64,000 bases of DNA from Pseudomonadota bacterium (GCA_046046245.1 JBJOKE010000011.1:50919-114918); one strand, 5' to 3'; shown: positions 9,414 through 20,244, numbered from the stretch's first letter. The notes: a model not told the origin generated them from the sequence alone. Made by a program: numbers and translations.

Positions 9414-10331
9414 ATGCAGGACCTGTTGGCGGGGCGGGCGGCGATCGTCACGGGCGGCGCCCGCGGGATCGGGCTGGCGGTGGCTCAGACGCTGGGCCTG
9501 CTCGGCGCCCGCGTGCTGATCGTCGACAACGGCGCGGCGATCGACGGCGGCCCCGAGGACCCGGCGGTCACCGAGCTCGCCGCGATGCGCGTGCCGGGCG
9601 CCGTCGGCCTGTCGCTCGACGCGGGCGCCGAGGGCGCCGCCACCGAGGCCGTGTCGGCCGCGCTCGATGCGTTCGGGGCGGTCGACCTGGTCGTCAACAA
9701 CGCGGCGATCGAGGCCGACGCGCCGGTCGGCGACGGTGCGCGCGCGGCCTTCGAGCGAATGCTGCGGACCAACCTCGTCGCGCCCTGGGCGATGGCCGCA
9801 GCCGCGATCGGCCCGATGCGCGCACAGGCCCGCGCCGGCCGCAGGCCGGGGGCGATCGTCAACCTCGCCTCGGCGGTCGGTCTCTTCGGCCGCGCGGGCC
9901 GGGGCGGAGAAGCCGCGAGCAAGGCGGGGCTGGTCGGCCTGACCCGCACGCTCGCGCTCGAGCTGGCCGACGCGCGGATCGCCTGCAACGCGATCGTGCC
10001 GTTCGCGGGCACGCGAGCGGTACGCGCCGCGCCCGGTGCCGACGCCGCGCACGCGCGCTGGGCCGAGCGCACCGGCGCGCTGCCCGCCAGCCACGTCGCG
10101 AACCTCGTCGCCTTCCTCGCCGCGCCCCAGGCCGCCGGGATCAGCGGGCAGCTGCTCGGCGTGCGCGGGCTCGAGGTGTTCGCGTGGACGCAGGCGCGTC
10201 CCGCGGCCTCGTGTTTCCAGCCGCGCTCGTTCGACGCCGACGAGTTCGCGAGCGCGCTGGGCGCGCTGCGGCGAGACTTCGTCACGCTCGCCGATGACCT
10301 CGACGCCTTCGACGTCGACCCGGTCGCCTGA
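9414..10331 (+). CDS. SDR-fold protein with a substituted catalytic Tyr (atypical short-chain dehydrogenase paralogue)
   Basis: Track ORF 9414..10331. AGAGGA lies 6 nt upstream of the ATG. Rossmann motif AAIVTGGARGIG. It aligns colinearly with the in-window SDR at 40038, but reads GGEAASKAG where that one reads ANYAAAKLG, and NNAA instead of NNAG. Confidence 0.8.
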   Translation: MQDLLAGRAAIVTGGARGIGLAVAQTLGLLGARVLIVDNGAAIDGGPEDPAVTELAAMRVPGAVGLSLDAGAEGAATEAVSAALDAFGAVDLVVNNAAIEADAPVGDGARAAFERMLRTNLVAPWAMAAAAIGPMRAQARAGRRPGAIVNLASAVGLFGRAGRGGEAASKAGLVGLTRTLALELADARIACNAIVPFAGTRAVRAAPGADAAHARWAERTGALPASHVANLVAFLAAPQAAGISGQLLGVRGLEVFAWTQARPAASCFQPRSFDADEFASALGALRRDFVTLADDLDAFDVDPVA

Positions 10332-10472
10332 GCGCGCGGTGACGCGCGTCGGCCCACCGCGCGGCGGCGCGCCCGGCGGCCGACCGAACGCGCTGCAGAC
10401 GCCGATGGACGTGCGTCGACACCCCAGGGGAATCCCGCTACGCTGGCCCTTTGACGCCCGGAGTTCCTCCCG

Positions 10473-11722
<1,250 letters not shown>

Positions 11723-11726
<4 letters not shown>

Positions 11727-12961
11727 GCGGCGCGGGCGGCGTGCCGGCCGGCGCGGTCGGTCTGCTGTCGAGTGCCGCGGTGCGCGAGCGCTGCGGCCGC
11801 ATCCTCGAGGCCGCGCTCGCGGGCCGCACGCGCTGGTTCGCCGTCGAACCCGCCCGGCTCGACGACGCCGCCGGCTTCGTGGCCGAGGTCACGCGCCGTC
11901 GCTATCCGGACCTGCGCGTGCCGTACCACAGCCGCTGGCGCCACTTCGAGGCGGGTGGCCTCGACCGGGTGGCCGCGATGGAGGCGGCCGCGGGCGACGC
12001 GCTCGCCGATCCGGCCGAACGTGCGCGGACGCGGATCGACCTGGCGGTGGTCTCGGTGCTGCTCGATGCCGGCGCGGGGGCGGCCTGGTCCTTCGACGAC
12101 CGCGCGAGCGGGGCGGTGATGGGTCGCTCCGAGGGCCTGGGCGTCGCGAGTCTGCGGGCCTTCGAGGCGGGGCTGTTCTCGTCCGACCCGCGGCGGCCTT
12201 GGCGGGCCGACGCGGCCGCGCTGGCCCGGCTCGACGTGGCCTCGCTCGGTGCGGCCTTCCAGGTCTGCGCGACGAACCCGCTGGTCGGCCTGGACGGCCG
12301 CGTCGCGCTGCTGCGCCGGCTCGGCGAAGCCCTTGCCGCGCGACCCGACGCGTTCGGCGCCGACGGACGCCCCGGCGGGCTCTTCGACGCCCTGCGGCCC
12401 GGCGGCGAGCCCCGCGTCGCTGCGCACGCGCTGCTGGTGGCGCTGCTGCACACGCTCGGCGGCATCTGGCCGCAGGGGGCGCGGATCGGCGGCGTCGCGG
12501 TCGGCGACGCAGGGAGGCACGCGCTCGCGGGCGGCGACGGCGAGACTGCCGGCTGGGTGCCATTCCACAAGCTGTCGCAGTGGCTCTGCTATTCGCTGCT
12601 CGAGCCCTTCGAGGGCGCCGGCGTCGTCGTCGACGGCCTCGATGCACTGACCGGCCTCGCCGAATACCGCAATGGCGGCCTGCTGGTCGACACCGGCGTG
12701 CTGGTGCCGCGCGAGCCGGCGGCCTTCGCCGCCCCCGTGCCGCCGGGCGCCGAGCCGGTCGTCGAATGGCGCGCGCTCACCGTGGCCCTCGTCGATGCGC
12801 TCGCACCGAGGGTCCGCGCCCGCCTCGGCGCCGACGCCGCGTCGATGCCGCTCGCCGCGGTGCTCGAGGGCGGCACCTGGGCGGCCGGCCGCGAGCTCGC
12901 CGCGCGGCGACGCGGCGGCGAGCCGCCGTTCGCGATCGCCAGCGACGGCACCGTCTTCTGA
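11723..12961 (+). CDS. DUF1688-family protein, URC4/Urg3-like
   Basis: C-terminal 412 aa of track ORF 10451..12961. The GTG at 11723 overlaps the upstream stop (GTGA). Conserved-looking segments are [35 protein letters not shown] and [18 protein letters not shown]. Confidence 0.75.
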
Positions 12962-12992
12962 CCCCACCCACGGATCGAACCGGAGACTGACG

Positions 12993-13625
12993 ATGGACGC
13001 GGGCGTGCACGTGATCGAGCATCCGCTGGTGCAGCACAAGCTGACGCTGATGCGCCGCAAGGAGACCAGCACCAACAGCTTCCGGCGGCTGCTGTCGGAG
13101 CTGTCGATGCTTCTGGCCTACGAGGTCACCCGCGACATGCCGATGCACGAGGTCGAGATCGAGACGCCGCTCGAGACCATGCGCTCGCGGCTCATCGACG
13201 GCAAGAAGACCGTCTTCGTGTCGATCATGCGCGCGGGCGCCGGCATCCTCGACGGGATGCTGCAGGTGATCCCCGGCGCACGGATCGCGCACATCGGCCT
13301 GTACCGCGATCCGAAGACGATGGTCGCGGTCGAGTACTACTTCAAGGTGCCGGCCGACATGCACGACCGCGACGCGATCGTCGTCGACCCGATGCTGGCC
13401 ACCGGCAATTCGGCGGTGGCGGCGGTCGACCGGCTGAAGGAGACTCGGCCGCGGTCGATCCGCTTCGTCTGTCTGCTCGCCGCGCCCGAGGGACTGCGGC
13501 ACTTTCGCGCGGCCCACCCGGACGTCCCGGTCTACACCGCGGCGATCGATCGCCAGCTCGACGCACACGGCTACATCCTCCCCGGTCTGGGCGACGCGGG
13601 CGATCGCCTGTTCGGGACGAAGTAG
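12993..13625 (+). CDS. upp: Uracil phosphoribosyltransferase
   Basis: Frame of track ORF 12672..13625. ATG at 12993 follows GGAG. Motifs [66 protein letters not shown]. 210 aa. Confidence 0.95.
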   Translation: MDAGVHVIEHPLVQHKLTLMRRKETSTNSFRRLLSELSMLLAYEVTRDMPMHEVEIETPLETMRSRLIDGKKTVFVSIMRAGAGILDGMLQVIPGARIAHIGLYRDPKTMVAVEYYFKVPADMHDRDAIVVDPMLATGNSAVAAVDRLKETRPRSIRFVCLLAAPEGLRHFRAAHPDVPVYTAAIDRQLDAHGYILPGLGDAGDRLFGTK

Positions 13626-13686
13626 CACCGGCGACCGGCGCAACGCCGTCGATCCCCGGCGCCCGCCGGACGCGGGCGTCGCAGAT

Positions 13687-13736
13687 CACGCTGCGCGGTC
13701 GGACACGCTGCGCGGTCTGACACGCTGCGCAGCCGG
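13687..13736. repeat. 17-bp tandem direct repeat, about 3 copies
   Basis: CACGCTGCGCGGTCGGA (13687-13703), CACGCTGCGCGGTCTGA (13704-13720), CACGCTGCGCAGCCGG (13721-13736). It lies in the convergent intergenic region between upp and the Prs paralogue. Confidence 0.85.
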
Positions 13737-13755
13737 CGGACGGGACGCGCGCCGT

Positions 13756-14676
13756 TCAGGCGAGGCCGTGCGCGCGCAGCCCGCAGGCGAGCAGCGGTGC
13801 GAGCGCGATGCGGTTCGTCGCGTGCGCGAGAGAGTCCGTGCTCCAGAGTCGCGCCACGCCTGCCGAGTGCAGCGCGTCGAGATCGGCGGCCGAACAGAGC
13901 GCGTGGGTGACCACCGCGTCGACGCGCGAGGCGCCCGCGCCTAGGCAGACCCGCGCCGCCTGTGCGAGGGTGCGCCCGCTCGACGCGATGTCGTCCACCA
14001 GCACCACCGGGCGACCCGCCAAGTCGGGGCTCCGCCCCGACGGCCCCCCTGCGGCGACCACGTCGACCTCGCGATCGCCTCGCCGCGTCTTCACGAACAC
14101 CGCATGCGGCCGGCCGGCTGCGGCGGCAACCGCGGCCGCCCACCGCGCGGACTCCTCGTCGGGCCCGACCACCACCGCATCGGCCGCCTCGCGTCCGACG
14201 AACGCGCCGATCGATTCGGCGGCGGTCAGCGCGATCGCGCGTGCGCCGCCGGTGACCGCCTCGTCGAGCCGCGAGATCCGGTGCAGGTGGGGGTCGACCG
14301 TGACGACCGCGTCGAACAGCCCGCCGAGGAACGCCCCGACGATCCGCTGGCTGACCGCCTCGCCGGGCCGGAACTCGAGATCCTGCCGCATGTAGCACAG
14401 GTAGGGCGCAACCAGCGTCAGCGTGGTCACGCCGTGCGAGCGTGCGGTCCGGCTCGCGAGCAGCAGCTCGACGAGTCGCGTGTCGGGCGAGCCCAGCGAC
14501 GCGTAGAGCAGCACGCGTGGCGGCAGCGGCACCGGCAGCCTCAGCAGCGATTCGCCGTCCGGGAAACGACGCGTCTCGATCGGCGCGCGCGGGATCGCGA
14601 GCGCTTCGGCGAGCCGCGCCGCGGGCTCGGCCTGGTCCGAGAAGTGCAGCAGGATCGGGGCGCTCGGTGTGTCCAT
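13756..14676 (-). CDS. Ribose-phosphate pyrophosphokinase (Prs)-family paralogue
   Basis: Track ORF 13756..14676, 306 aa. Motifs ETRRFPDGESLLRL, VAPYLCYMRQD, VTVDPHLHR and the PRPP loop VVLVDDIASSGRTL. It starts 12 nt downstream of the TP-family gene. Confidence 0.85.
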   Translation of the reverse strand: MDTPSAPILLHFSDQAEPAARLAEALAIPRAPIETRRFPDGESLLRLPVPLPPRVLLYASLGSPDTRLVELLLASRTARSHGVTTLTLVAPYLCYMRQDLEFRPGEAVSQRIVGAFLGGLFDAVVTVDPHLHRISRLDEAVTGGARAIALTAAESIGAFVGREAADAVVVGPDEESARWAAAVAAAAGRPHAVFVKTRRGDREVDVVAAGGPSGRSPDLAGRPVVLVDDIASSGRTLAQAARVCLGAGASRVDAVVTHALCSAADLDALHSAGVARLWSTDSLAHATNRIALAPLLACGLRAHGLA

Positions 14677-14688
14677 CCCGTCACGGCC

Positions 14689-16215
14689 TCAGGCGATCGC
14701 GATGCCGGGGTCGACCACGCAGCCGCGGCGCGCCAGCTCGAACTCGCCGGGCGTCTCGGCGTGCAGCCGGTAGAGCGGCTGGCCGGCACGTACCGTGTCG
14801 CCGAGCCGTACCTGCAGGTCGAGCCCCGCGCCCGGGCTGGCCGGCGCGCCGGCCTGCCGGGCGGCGCGCGCGAGTCGCAGGTGGTCGAACCCGATGACCC
14901 GGCCCGCGCGCGGCGCGCCGATCTCGGCGACGTGCCGGCCCGGCACGGGCGGTTGCGCGCGCCGCCCCTGGGCGTCGACGATCGCCGCCATCTTGGCCGC
15001 GGCCCGGCCCGACTCGAGGATGTCGCGCGCGAGCGACTCGCCATCGCCGCCGCGCACGTCGGGATCGAACTCGAGGATCCGGCCGGCGAGCCGGATCGAC
15101 TTCGCGCGCAGGTCGGCCGGGGCGTCGGGCGCGTTGCCGAGCACCGCCATCACGTCACGGGCCTCGAGCACCGGACCGATGCCGCGGCCGATCGGCTGCG
15201 TGCCGTCGGTCAGCGTGACCTCCACGTGCAGCCCCAGCGCGCGGCCGACATGCTCGAAGGTCTTGCGCAGTCGCTGCGCGGACGCGAGGTCGCGGACCTT
15301 GGCGCTCGGACCGACCGGGATGTCGAGCAGCAGGTGGGTCGACCCGGCGGCGAGCTTCTTCGACAGGATGGATGCGACCATCAGCCCCGGGGAGTCGAGC
15401 GCGAGCTGTCGCTCGACCGAGATCAGCAGGTCGTCGAGCGGCGCGAGCCGCTGCGTGCCGCCCCAGGCGATGCAGCCGCGTTCGCGCAGCACGATCTCGC
15501 GCAGCCGCGCCGGCTCGAGCTCGACCTCGGCGAGCACCTCCATCGTGTCGGCCGTCCCCGCGGGTGACGTGATCGCGCGGCTCGAGGTCTTCGGGATCAG
15601 CATCCCGTGAGCGGCGACGATCGGCACCACGACCATCGAGGTTCGGTTGCCGGGGATGCCGCCGATGCAGTGCTTGTCGGCGACCAGGGTCTCGTGCCAG
15701 TCGAGCCGCTCGCCGGTCTCGAGCATCGCGCGGGTCAGCGCCAGCACCTCGTCGCGCTCGAGGTCGTCGCGTCCGCAGGCGACGAGGAAGGCGGCGATCT
15801 CGCTGCGCGTGTAGCGGCGCGCCGCGATGTCGCCGGCGATCGCGCGCATCGCGGCGAGGTCGAGCGGCTCGCCCTGGAGCTTGCGGCGGACGATGTCGAG
15901 CGATGCGGGGCGGGGTGCGGGCCCGATGCTGACCGGCGTGCCGCGCGGCGCGCCGAGCAGCGCGAAGGCCTGCTCGGACAGGCCGAGCTCGTCGAGACCG
16001 ACGATCGACGGGTCCTCGACGACGTTGAGCACCGCCAGCATCGGCTCGACGTCGTCGGGCGCATCGGCGCGTCGGATCGCGACCTTCTGCGAGGCCCGCA
16101 GCGCGTCGATCCGGCATGCGGCACAGCCGCGCGCGAGGTAGGCGACGTTCTCGGCGTCGGTGTCGATCCGCACCTCGCGCAGGCGCAGGGACGCGACGTG
16201 CTCGGGAGCCCTCAT
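14689..16215 (-). CDS. Thymidine phosphorylase-family protein with N-terminal extension (AMP-phosphorylase-like architecture)
   Basis: C-terminal 508 aa of track ORF 14689..17298, starting at [12 protein letters not shown] (CAT at 16213-16215). Motifs [55 protein letters not shown], and a C-terminal alpha/beta domain. About 90 aa precede the glycosyltransferase core. Confidence 0.85.
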   Translation of the reverse strand: MRAPEHVASLRLREVRIDTDAENVAYLARGCAACRIDALRASQKVAIRRADAPDDVEPMLAVLNVVEDPSIVGLDELGLSEQAFALLGAPRGTPVSIGPAPRPASLDIVRRKLQGEPLDLAAMRAIAGDIAARRYTRSEIAAFLVACGRDDLERDEVLALTRAMLETGERLDWHETLVADKHCIGGIPGNRTSMVVVPIVAAHGMLIPKTSSRAITSPAGTADTMEVLAEVELEPARLREIVLRERGCIAWGGTQRLAPLDDLLISVERQLALDSPGLMVASILSKKLAAGSTHLLLDIPVGPSAKVRDLASAQRLRKTFEHVGRALGLHVEVTLTDGTQPIGRGIGPVLEARDVMAVLGNAPDAPADLRAKSIRLAGRILEFDPDVRGGDGESLARDILESGRAAAKMAAIVDAQGRRAQPPVPGRHVAEIGAPRAGRVIGFDHLRLARAARQAGAPASPGAGLDLQVRLGDTVRAGQPLYRLHAETPGEFELARRGCVVDPGIAIA

Positions 16216-16274
16216 CCGGCGGATTGTAGCCGGGCCGTGTCGGCTCGCCCGTCGGAGCGAGACCGCGCCTCGGA

Positions 16275-17495
16275 TCAGCCCCGGCCGAGGGGGGTGGGGT
16301 GCCAGCCGACCGTCAGCAGCATGACGGCGAACCCGACGACGTAGGCGAGGGCGACGTGCCAGCCCGATCGCAGCCATGCGCCGACCGACCGCGCCTCGGG
16401 GAACTGGTTGGACAGCGCGACGCCCGCCGACGATCCGAACCAGATCATCGAGCCGCCGAAGCCCACCGCGTAGGCGAGCACGCCCCAGTCGTAGCCGCCC
16501 TGCGCGATGGCGAGCGCGGTCAGCGGGATGTTGTCGAACACCGCCGACACGACGCCCAGCCCGAAGGCCGTCAGCCATGAAGCGTCGGGCAGGCGCTCGA
16601 CCGGCATCATCGACGCGATCAGGACCAGCGACAGCAGGAAGACCGTGCCGCGGACCGCGTTCGGCAAGGCTGCCCAGTCGGGCCGGCGCAGCGGCGCCGC
16701 AACGAGGATCGCGACCCAGACCGCCGCGCCGATGAAGGGGAAACGGTCCGCGACCGCGGCGAAACGCGTGTTGACGACGACGTTGACCGTGACGGCGGCG
16801 ACGAGGATGAACGCGACGATCGCCGCTCGGCCCCAGTCGATCCTCGCGCTCGCCGCGCCGTCGCGGACGAGCGGCGAATGCCGGTGCTGCTGGCCCGACG
16901 CGACCCAGCCGACGATCGCCAGGGCGACGACCGCCGCCGAATACGCGTTGAGTACCGCCAGCGGCGACGCGCCGGCGATCCAGATCATCGTGGTCGTGGT
17001 GTCGCCCACCACGCTGCCCGAGCCGCCGGCGTTCGACGCCGCGACGATGCCCGCGAGGTAGCCGATGTGGACGCGGCCGCGGAACACCGTCGCGGCGATC
17101 GTGCCGCCGATGATCGCCGCCGCGATGTTGTCGAGGAAGCTCGAGATCACGAAGACCAGCACCAGGAGCCCGAAGGCGCCGGCGCGGCCATCGGGCAGCC
17201 AGCGCGGCAGCGCGGCCGGGATGCCGCTCTCCTCGAAGTGGCGCGACAGCAGCGCGAAGCCGAGCAGCAGGCAGAAGAGGTTCGCGACCGTCACCCACTC
17301 GTGGGCCAGGTGCGCGCCCAGGCCAGCGAGGCCGGCGCCCTCGGCGAAGCCGGAGAAGAGCACCTTGTAGAGCGACACCACGACCAGGCCTGCGACCGCG
17401 ACCCGCATCGTGTGATGGTGGAGCAGCGCGACGCCGGCAAGCACGGCGGCGAACAGGATGAACTCCGGCGGGATGCCGGCGATGTCGAAGCCCAT
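16275..17495 (-). CDS. ArsB/NhaD/CitMHS-superfamily permease (ion or anion transporter)
   Basis: C-terminal 406 aa of track ORF 16275..17753, from [19 protein letters not shown] (CAT at 17493-17495). About 11 TM segments. Motifs [14 protein letters not shown] and [14 protein letters not shown] are typical of this superfamily. Confidence 0.7.
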   Translation of the reverse strand: MGFDIAGIPPEFILFAAVLAGVALLHHHTMRVAVAGLVVVSLYKVLFSGFAEGAGLAGLGAHLAHEWVTVANLFCLLLGFALLSRHFEESGIPAALPRWLPDGRAGAFGLLVLVFVISSFLDNIAAAIIGGTIAATVFRGRVHIGYLAGIVAASNAGGSGSVVGDTTTTMIWIAGASPLAVLNAYSAAVVALAIVGWVASGQQHRHSPLVRDGAASARIDWGRAAIVAFILVAAVTVNVVVNTRFAAVADRFPFIGAAVWVAILVAAPLRRPDWAALPNAVRGTVFLLSLVLIASMMPVERLPDASWLTAFGLGVVSAVFDNIPLTALAIAQGGYDWGVLAYAVGFGGSMIWFGSSAGVALSNQFPEARSVGAWLRSGWHVALAYVVGFAVMLLTVGWHPTPLGRG

Positions 17496-17577
17496 GGATC
17501 TCTCGTCCGTCGGACCCGCGCCGTGGCCGGTGCGGCGGTCCGTCTCCTCCCCAGGGGGCCGAGTGTACCGCGCCGAG

Positions 17578-18486
17578 CTAGGCGGTACCGCCCGGCGCGG
17601 CCGCGATCGGCTCGAGGTGGGTGACGACGCTCGCGTGCTCGACGATCGCGCCGAGCGCGGCCTCGACCTCGTCGGCCACCGCATGCCCGGCGTCGACGGT
17701 CCAGTGGCCGGGCACGAGCACCACCACGTCGATCCACGCATGCGAGCCGGCACGCCGGGTCCGCAGGGCGCGCCAGGCCACGCCCCGGGGTGCCAGCGCG
17801 TCGAGGGCGGCGCGCAGCTGCGCGAGCTCCGGCTCGTGGAGGCCGCGGTCCATCAGCCCGTCGACCGACTCGCGCAGCAGGCGGGCTCCCTCGACGAGGA
17901 TGTTCAGCCCGACCGCGATCGCGATCAGCGGATCGAGCACCAGCCAGCCGGTCAGCGCGACGGCGCCAACGCCGATCACCACGCCGACCGAGGTCACGAC
18001 ATCGGTCATCAGGTGGCGCGCGTCGGCCTCGAGCGCGATCGATCGGAAGCGCTTCGCCGCGCGCCGCAGCGCGATCGCCACGCCGAGGTTGATCGCGGTG
18101 GCCACCGCCGAGACGGCGAGCCCCGGACCGATGGCTTCGAGCGGCTGCGGCGCCACCAGGCGCTGCGCCGCGGCCCAGATGATCGCCGCGGCCGCACCGA
18201 AGATCAGGATGCCTTCGAAGCCGCTCGAGAAGTACTCGGCCTTCGAGTGCCCGAACGGATGGTCGTCGTCGGGCGGCCGGGCGGCGACCACGATCATCAC
18301 CAGGGCGAACGACGCGCCGGCCAGGTTCACGAACGATTCGAGCGCGTCGGAGAGCAGGCCGACCGAGCCGGTCAGCCACCAGGCGACGGCCTTCAGCGAG
18401 ATGGTCGCGATCGCCGCGGCGATCGACAGCCAGGCGAAGTGGTGTCGGCCGAAGGTGTCGGGGGAGGGGGACTTGGGTACGATCAC
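17578..18486 (-). CDS. Cation diffusion facilitator (CDF) family metal efflux transporter
   Basis: C-terminal 302 aa of track ORF 17578..20142. Motifs LLSDALESFVNL, DDDHPFGHSKAEYF, ADARHLMTDVVTS, and a cytoplasmic C-terminal domain. The only plausible start is GTG (CAC at 18484-18486). Confidence 0.85.
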   Translation of the reverse strand: MIVPKSPSPDTFGRHHFAWLSIAAAIATISLKAVAWWLTGSVGLLSDALESFVNLAGASFALVMIVVAARPPDDDHPFGHSKAEYFSSGFEGILIFGAAAAIIWAAAQRLVAPQPLEAIGPGLAVSAVATAINLGVAIALRRAAKRFRSIALEADARHLMTDVVTSVGVVIGVGAVALTGWLVLDPLIAIAVGLNILVEGARLLRESVDGLMDRGLHEPELAQLRAALDALAPRGVAWRALRTRRAGSHAWIDVVVLVPGHWTVDAGHAVADEVEAALGAIVEHASVVTHLEPIAAAPGGTA

Positions 18487-18489
18487 GGG

Positions 18490-19530
18490 ATGCAAGTATC
18501 CAACATCGCGGACGCCGGCGCCGCCCGCGGCGCGGGCGCGATCACCGACGTGGCCGGGCTTCGGGTGGGTCACCACACCGATCCGCGGCGCCCGACCGGC
18601 TGCACGGTGGTGCTCGCCGACGGCGGCGCGACCTGCGGCGTCGACGTGCGCGGGGCGGCGCCCGGCACCCGGGAGACCGACCTGCTCGACCCGGGCAACG
18701 CGATCCGCGAGGTCCACGCAGTGGTGCTCGCGGGCGGCAGCGCGTTCGGGCTCGAGGCGGCCACCGGCGTCGTCGACTGGCTCGCGGCGCGCGGGGTCGG
18801 TCTGTCGGTGGGTCCGGCCACGGTCCCGATCGTGCCGGCGGCCATCCTGTTCGACCTCTGGGTCGGCGACGCGTCGATCCGTCCCGATGCGCGCGCCGGC
18901 CGACTCGCCTGCGAGGCGGCCTCCGACGCGCCGCCGGCCGAGGGCTCGGTCGGCGCCGGCGCGGGCGCCACCGTCGGCAAGCTCTGGGGCATCGAGCGCG
19001 CCACGCGCGGCGGCATCGGCACCGCGTCGCTGCGGATCGGTGCCGCGACCGTCGGCGCGCTCGTCGCGGTCAACGCGGTGGGCGACGTGATCGACCCGAC
19101 GACCGGCGACACCGTCGCCGGGGTCCGTGACGCGGCCGACGGCCACCGGTTCGTCGGGACCACCGCCTGCCTGCTGCGCGGCGAGCTGCCGCCCCGGCTG
19201 CAGGCGGGCATGGCCACCACGATCGGCGTGGTCGCGACCGACGTCGCGCTGGACAAGGCCGAATGCCGGCGGCTCGCCACCAGCGCGCACGACGGGCTCG
19301 CACGGACGATCGACCCGGTGCACACCGCGTTCGACGGCGACACGGTGTTCGCGATGGCGACCGGTCGCAGCCGCGCGCGCGTGCACCCGGTGGTGCTCGG
19401 CGCGGCGATCGCCGCGGTGACCGCGACCGCGGTGCTGCGGGCGGTGCGCGCGGCATCGGGCCTGCGCGGTCCGGGGCTGCCGACGCTGCCGTCCGCCACC
19501 GAACTGGCGACGGCGGGGGGCGGGCGGTGA
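18490..19530 (+). CDS. P1/S58 (DmpA-type) family aminopeptidase
   Basis: Frame of track ORF 17458..19530, ATG at 18490. Motifs ITDVAGLRVGHHTD, TGCTVVL, GAAPGTRETDLL, VLAGGSAFGLEAA, IVPAAILFDL, TTIGVVATD. Confidence 0.8.
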   Translation: MQVSNIADAGAARGAGAITDVAGLRVGHHTDPRRPTGCTVVLADGGATCGVDVRGAAPGTRETDLLDPGNAIREVHAVVLAGGSAFGLEAATGVVDWLAARGVGLSVGPATVPIVPAAILFDLWVGDASIRPDARAGRLACEAASDAPPAEGSVGAGAGATVGKLWGIERATRGGIGTASLRIGAATVGALVAVNAVGDVIDPTTGDTVAGVRDAADGHRFVGTTACLLRGELPPRLQAGMATTIGVVATDVALDKAECRRLATSAHDGLARTIDPVHTAFDGDTVFAMATGRSRARVHPVVLGAAIAAVTATAVLRAVRAASGLRGPGLPTLPSATELATAGGGR

Positions 19531-20213
19531 GGCGGCGCGTGCTGCGCGCCGTCGCCGCGTTCGTGCTCGCGGCGGCCGCCGGCCTCGCGGCGGCCGGACC
19601 CACGCTGTCGCTCGACGCGCAGGCGCGGGCGGCGGTGCCCAACGATGAGCTGCTGGTGGTGATCGCGGTCGAGCGCGACGCGCCGCAGCCGGGCCCGGCG
19701 AACGACGCGGTGCTGCGTGCGCTCGAGGCCGCACTCGCCGAGGCGCGCCGCGTCGACGGCGTGAAGGCGCGCCTCGGTCCGGTCTCGACGCAGCCCCTGG
19801 TGCGCGATGGCCGTCCGCAGGGCTGGCGCGTCCGCGGCGAGGCGGTGCTCGAGTCGACCCGGGTCGCGGAGCTGGCGCAGCTCGCCGGGCGCCTCGGCGA
19901 GCGGCTGCAGCTCGCCGCGGTGCAGTACCGGCTGTCGGCCGAGCGCCGCCAGGCCGAGGAGAAACGGCTGGTGGCCGAGGCGGCGAAGGCGTTCCGTGCG
20001 CGCGCGGCCGAGGCCGCCCGGGCCTTCGGCTTCGCCGACTACGAGCTGAAGTCCCTGGCGCTGCACGCCGGCGGGGGAGGACCGGTGCCGCGCCCGATGG
20101 CGATGAGCGTCGGGCGCGGCGGCGCCGAGGTCGCCGCCGCACCGTTGCCCGCGGACGCCGGCGAGTCCGAAGTGGTCGTCGGCGTGTCCGGTAGCGTCGA
20201 GCTGCGTCCCTGA
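19527..20213 (+). CDS. SIMPL-domain (DUF541) periplasmic protein
   Basis: Frame of track ORF 19263..20213. The GTG at 19527 overlaps the upstream stop (GTGA). Signal peptide RRRVLRAVAAFVLAAAAGLAAA, then an Ala/Arg-rich coiled segment typical of the family (QAEEKRLVAEAAKAFRARAAEAARAFG). Confidence 0.7.
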   Translation: MRRRVLRAVAAFVLAAAAGLAAAGPTLSLDAQARAAVPNDELLVVIAVERDAPQPGPANDAVLRALEAALAEARRVDGVKARLGPVSTQPLVRDGRPQGWRVRGEAVLESTRVAELAQLAGRLGERLQLAAVQYRLSAERRQAEEKRLVAEAAKAFRARAAEAARAFGFADYELKSLALHAGGGGPVPRPMAMSVGRGGAEVAAAPLPADAGESEVVVGVSGSVELRP

Positions 20214-20244
20214 GGAGCGCGCGGGCGGCCGCTCGGACGCGGGT

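Noticed and set aside
9369-9450. LexA/SOS box upstream of dinB
   Set aside because: No CTGT-N8-ACAG (or similar) motif is present around the possible dinB starts, so SOS regulation cannot be inferred from this sequence.
10332-10472. Possible riboswitch or leader in the 141-nt region upstream of the URC1-like gene
   Set aside because: I could not recognise any known riboswitch core or a convincing conserved stem architecture by eye. An Rfam scan is needed before any claim.
18487-20142. N-terminal 550 codons of ORF 17578..20142, as an extension of the CDF transporter
   Set aside because: This part lies antisense to the DmpA and SIMPL genes and is Arg/Pro-rich. The CDF homology begins only at VIVPKSPSPDTFGRHHFAWLS, so the gene was trimmed to the GTG at 18486.
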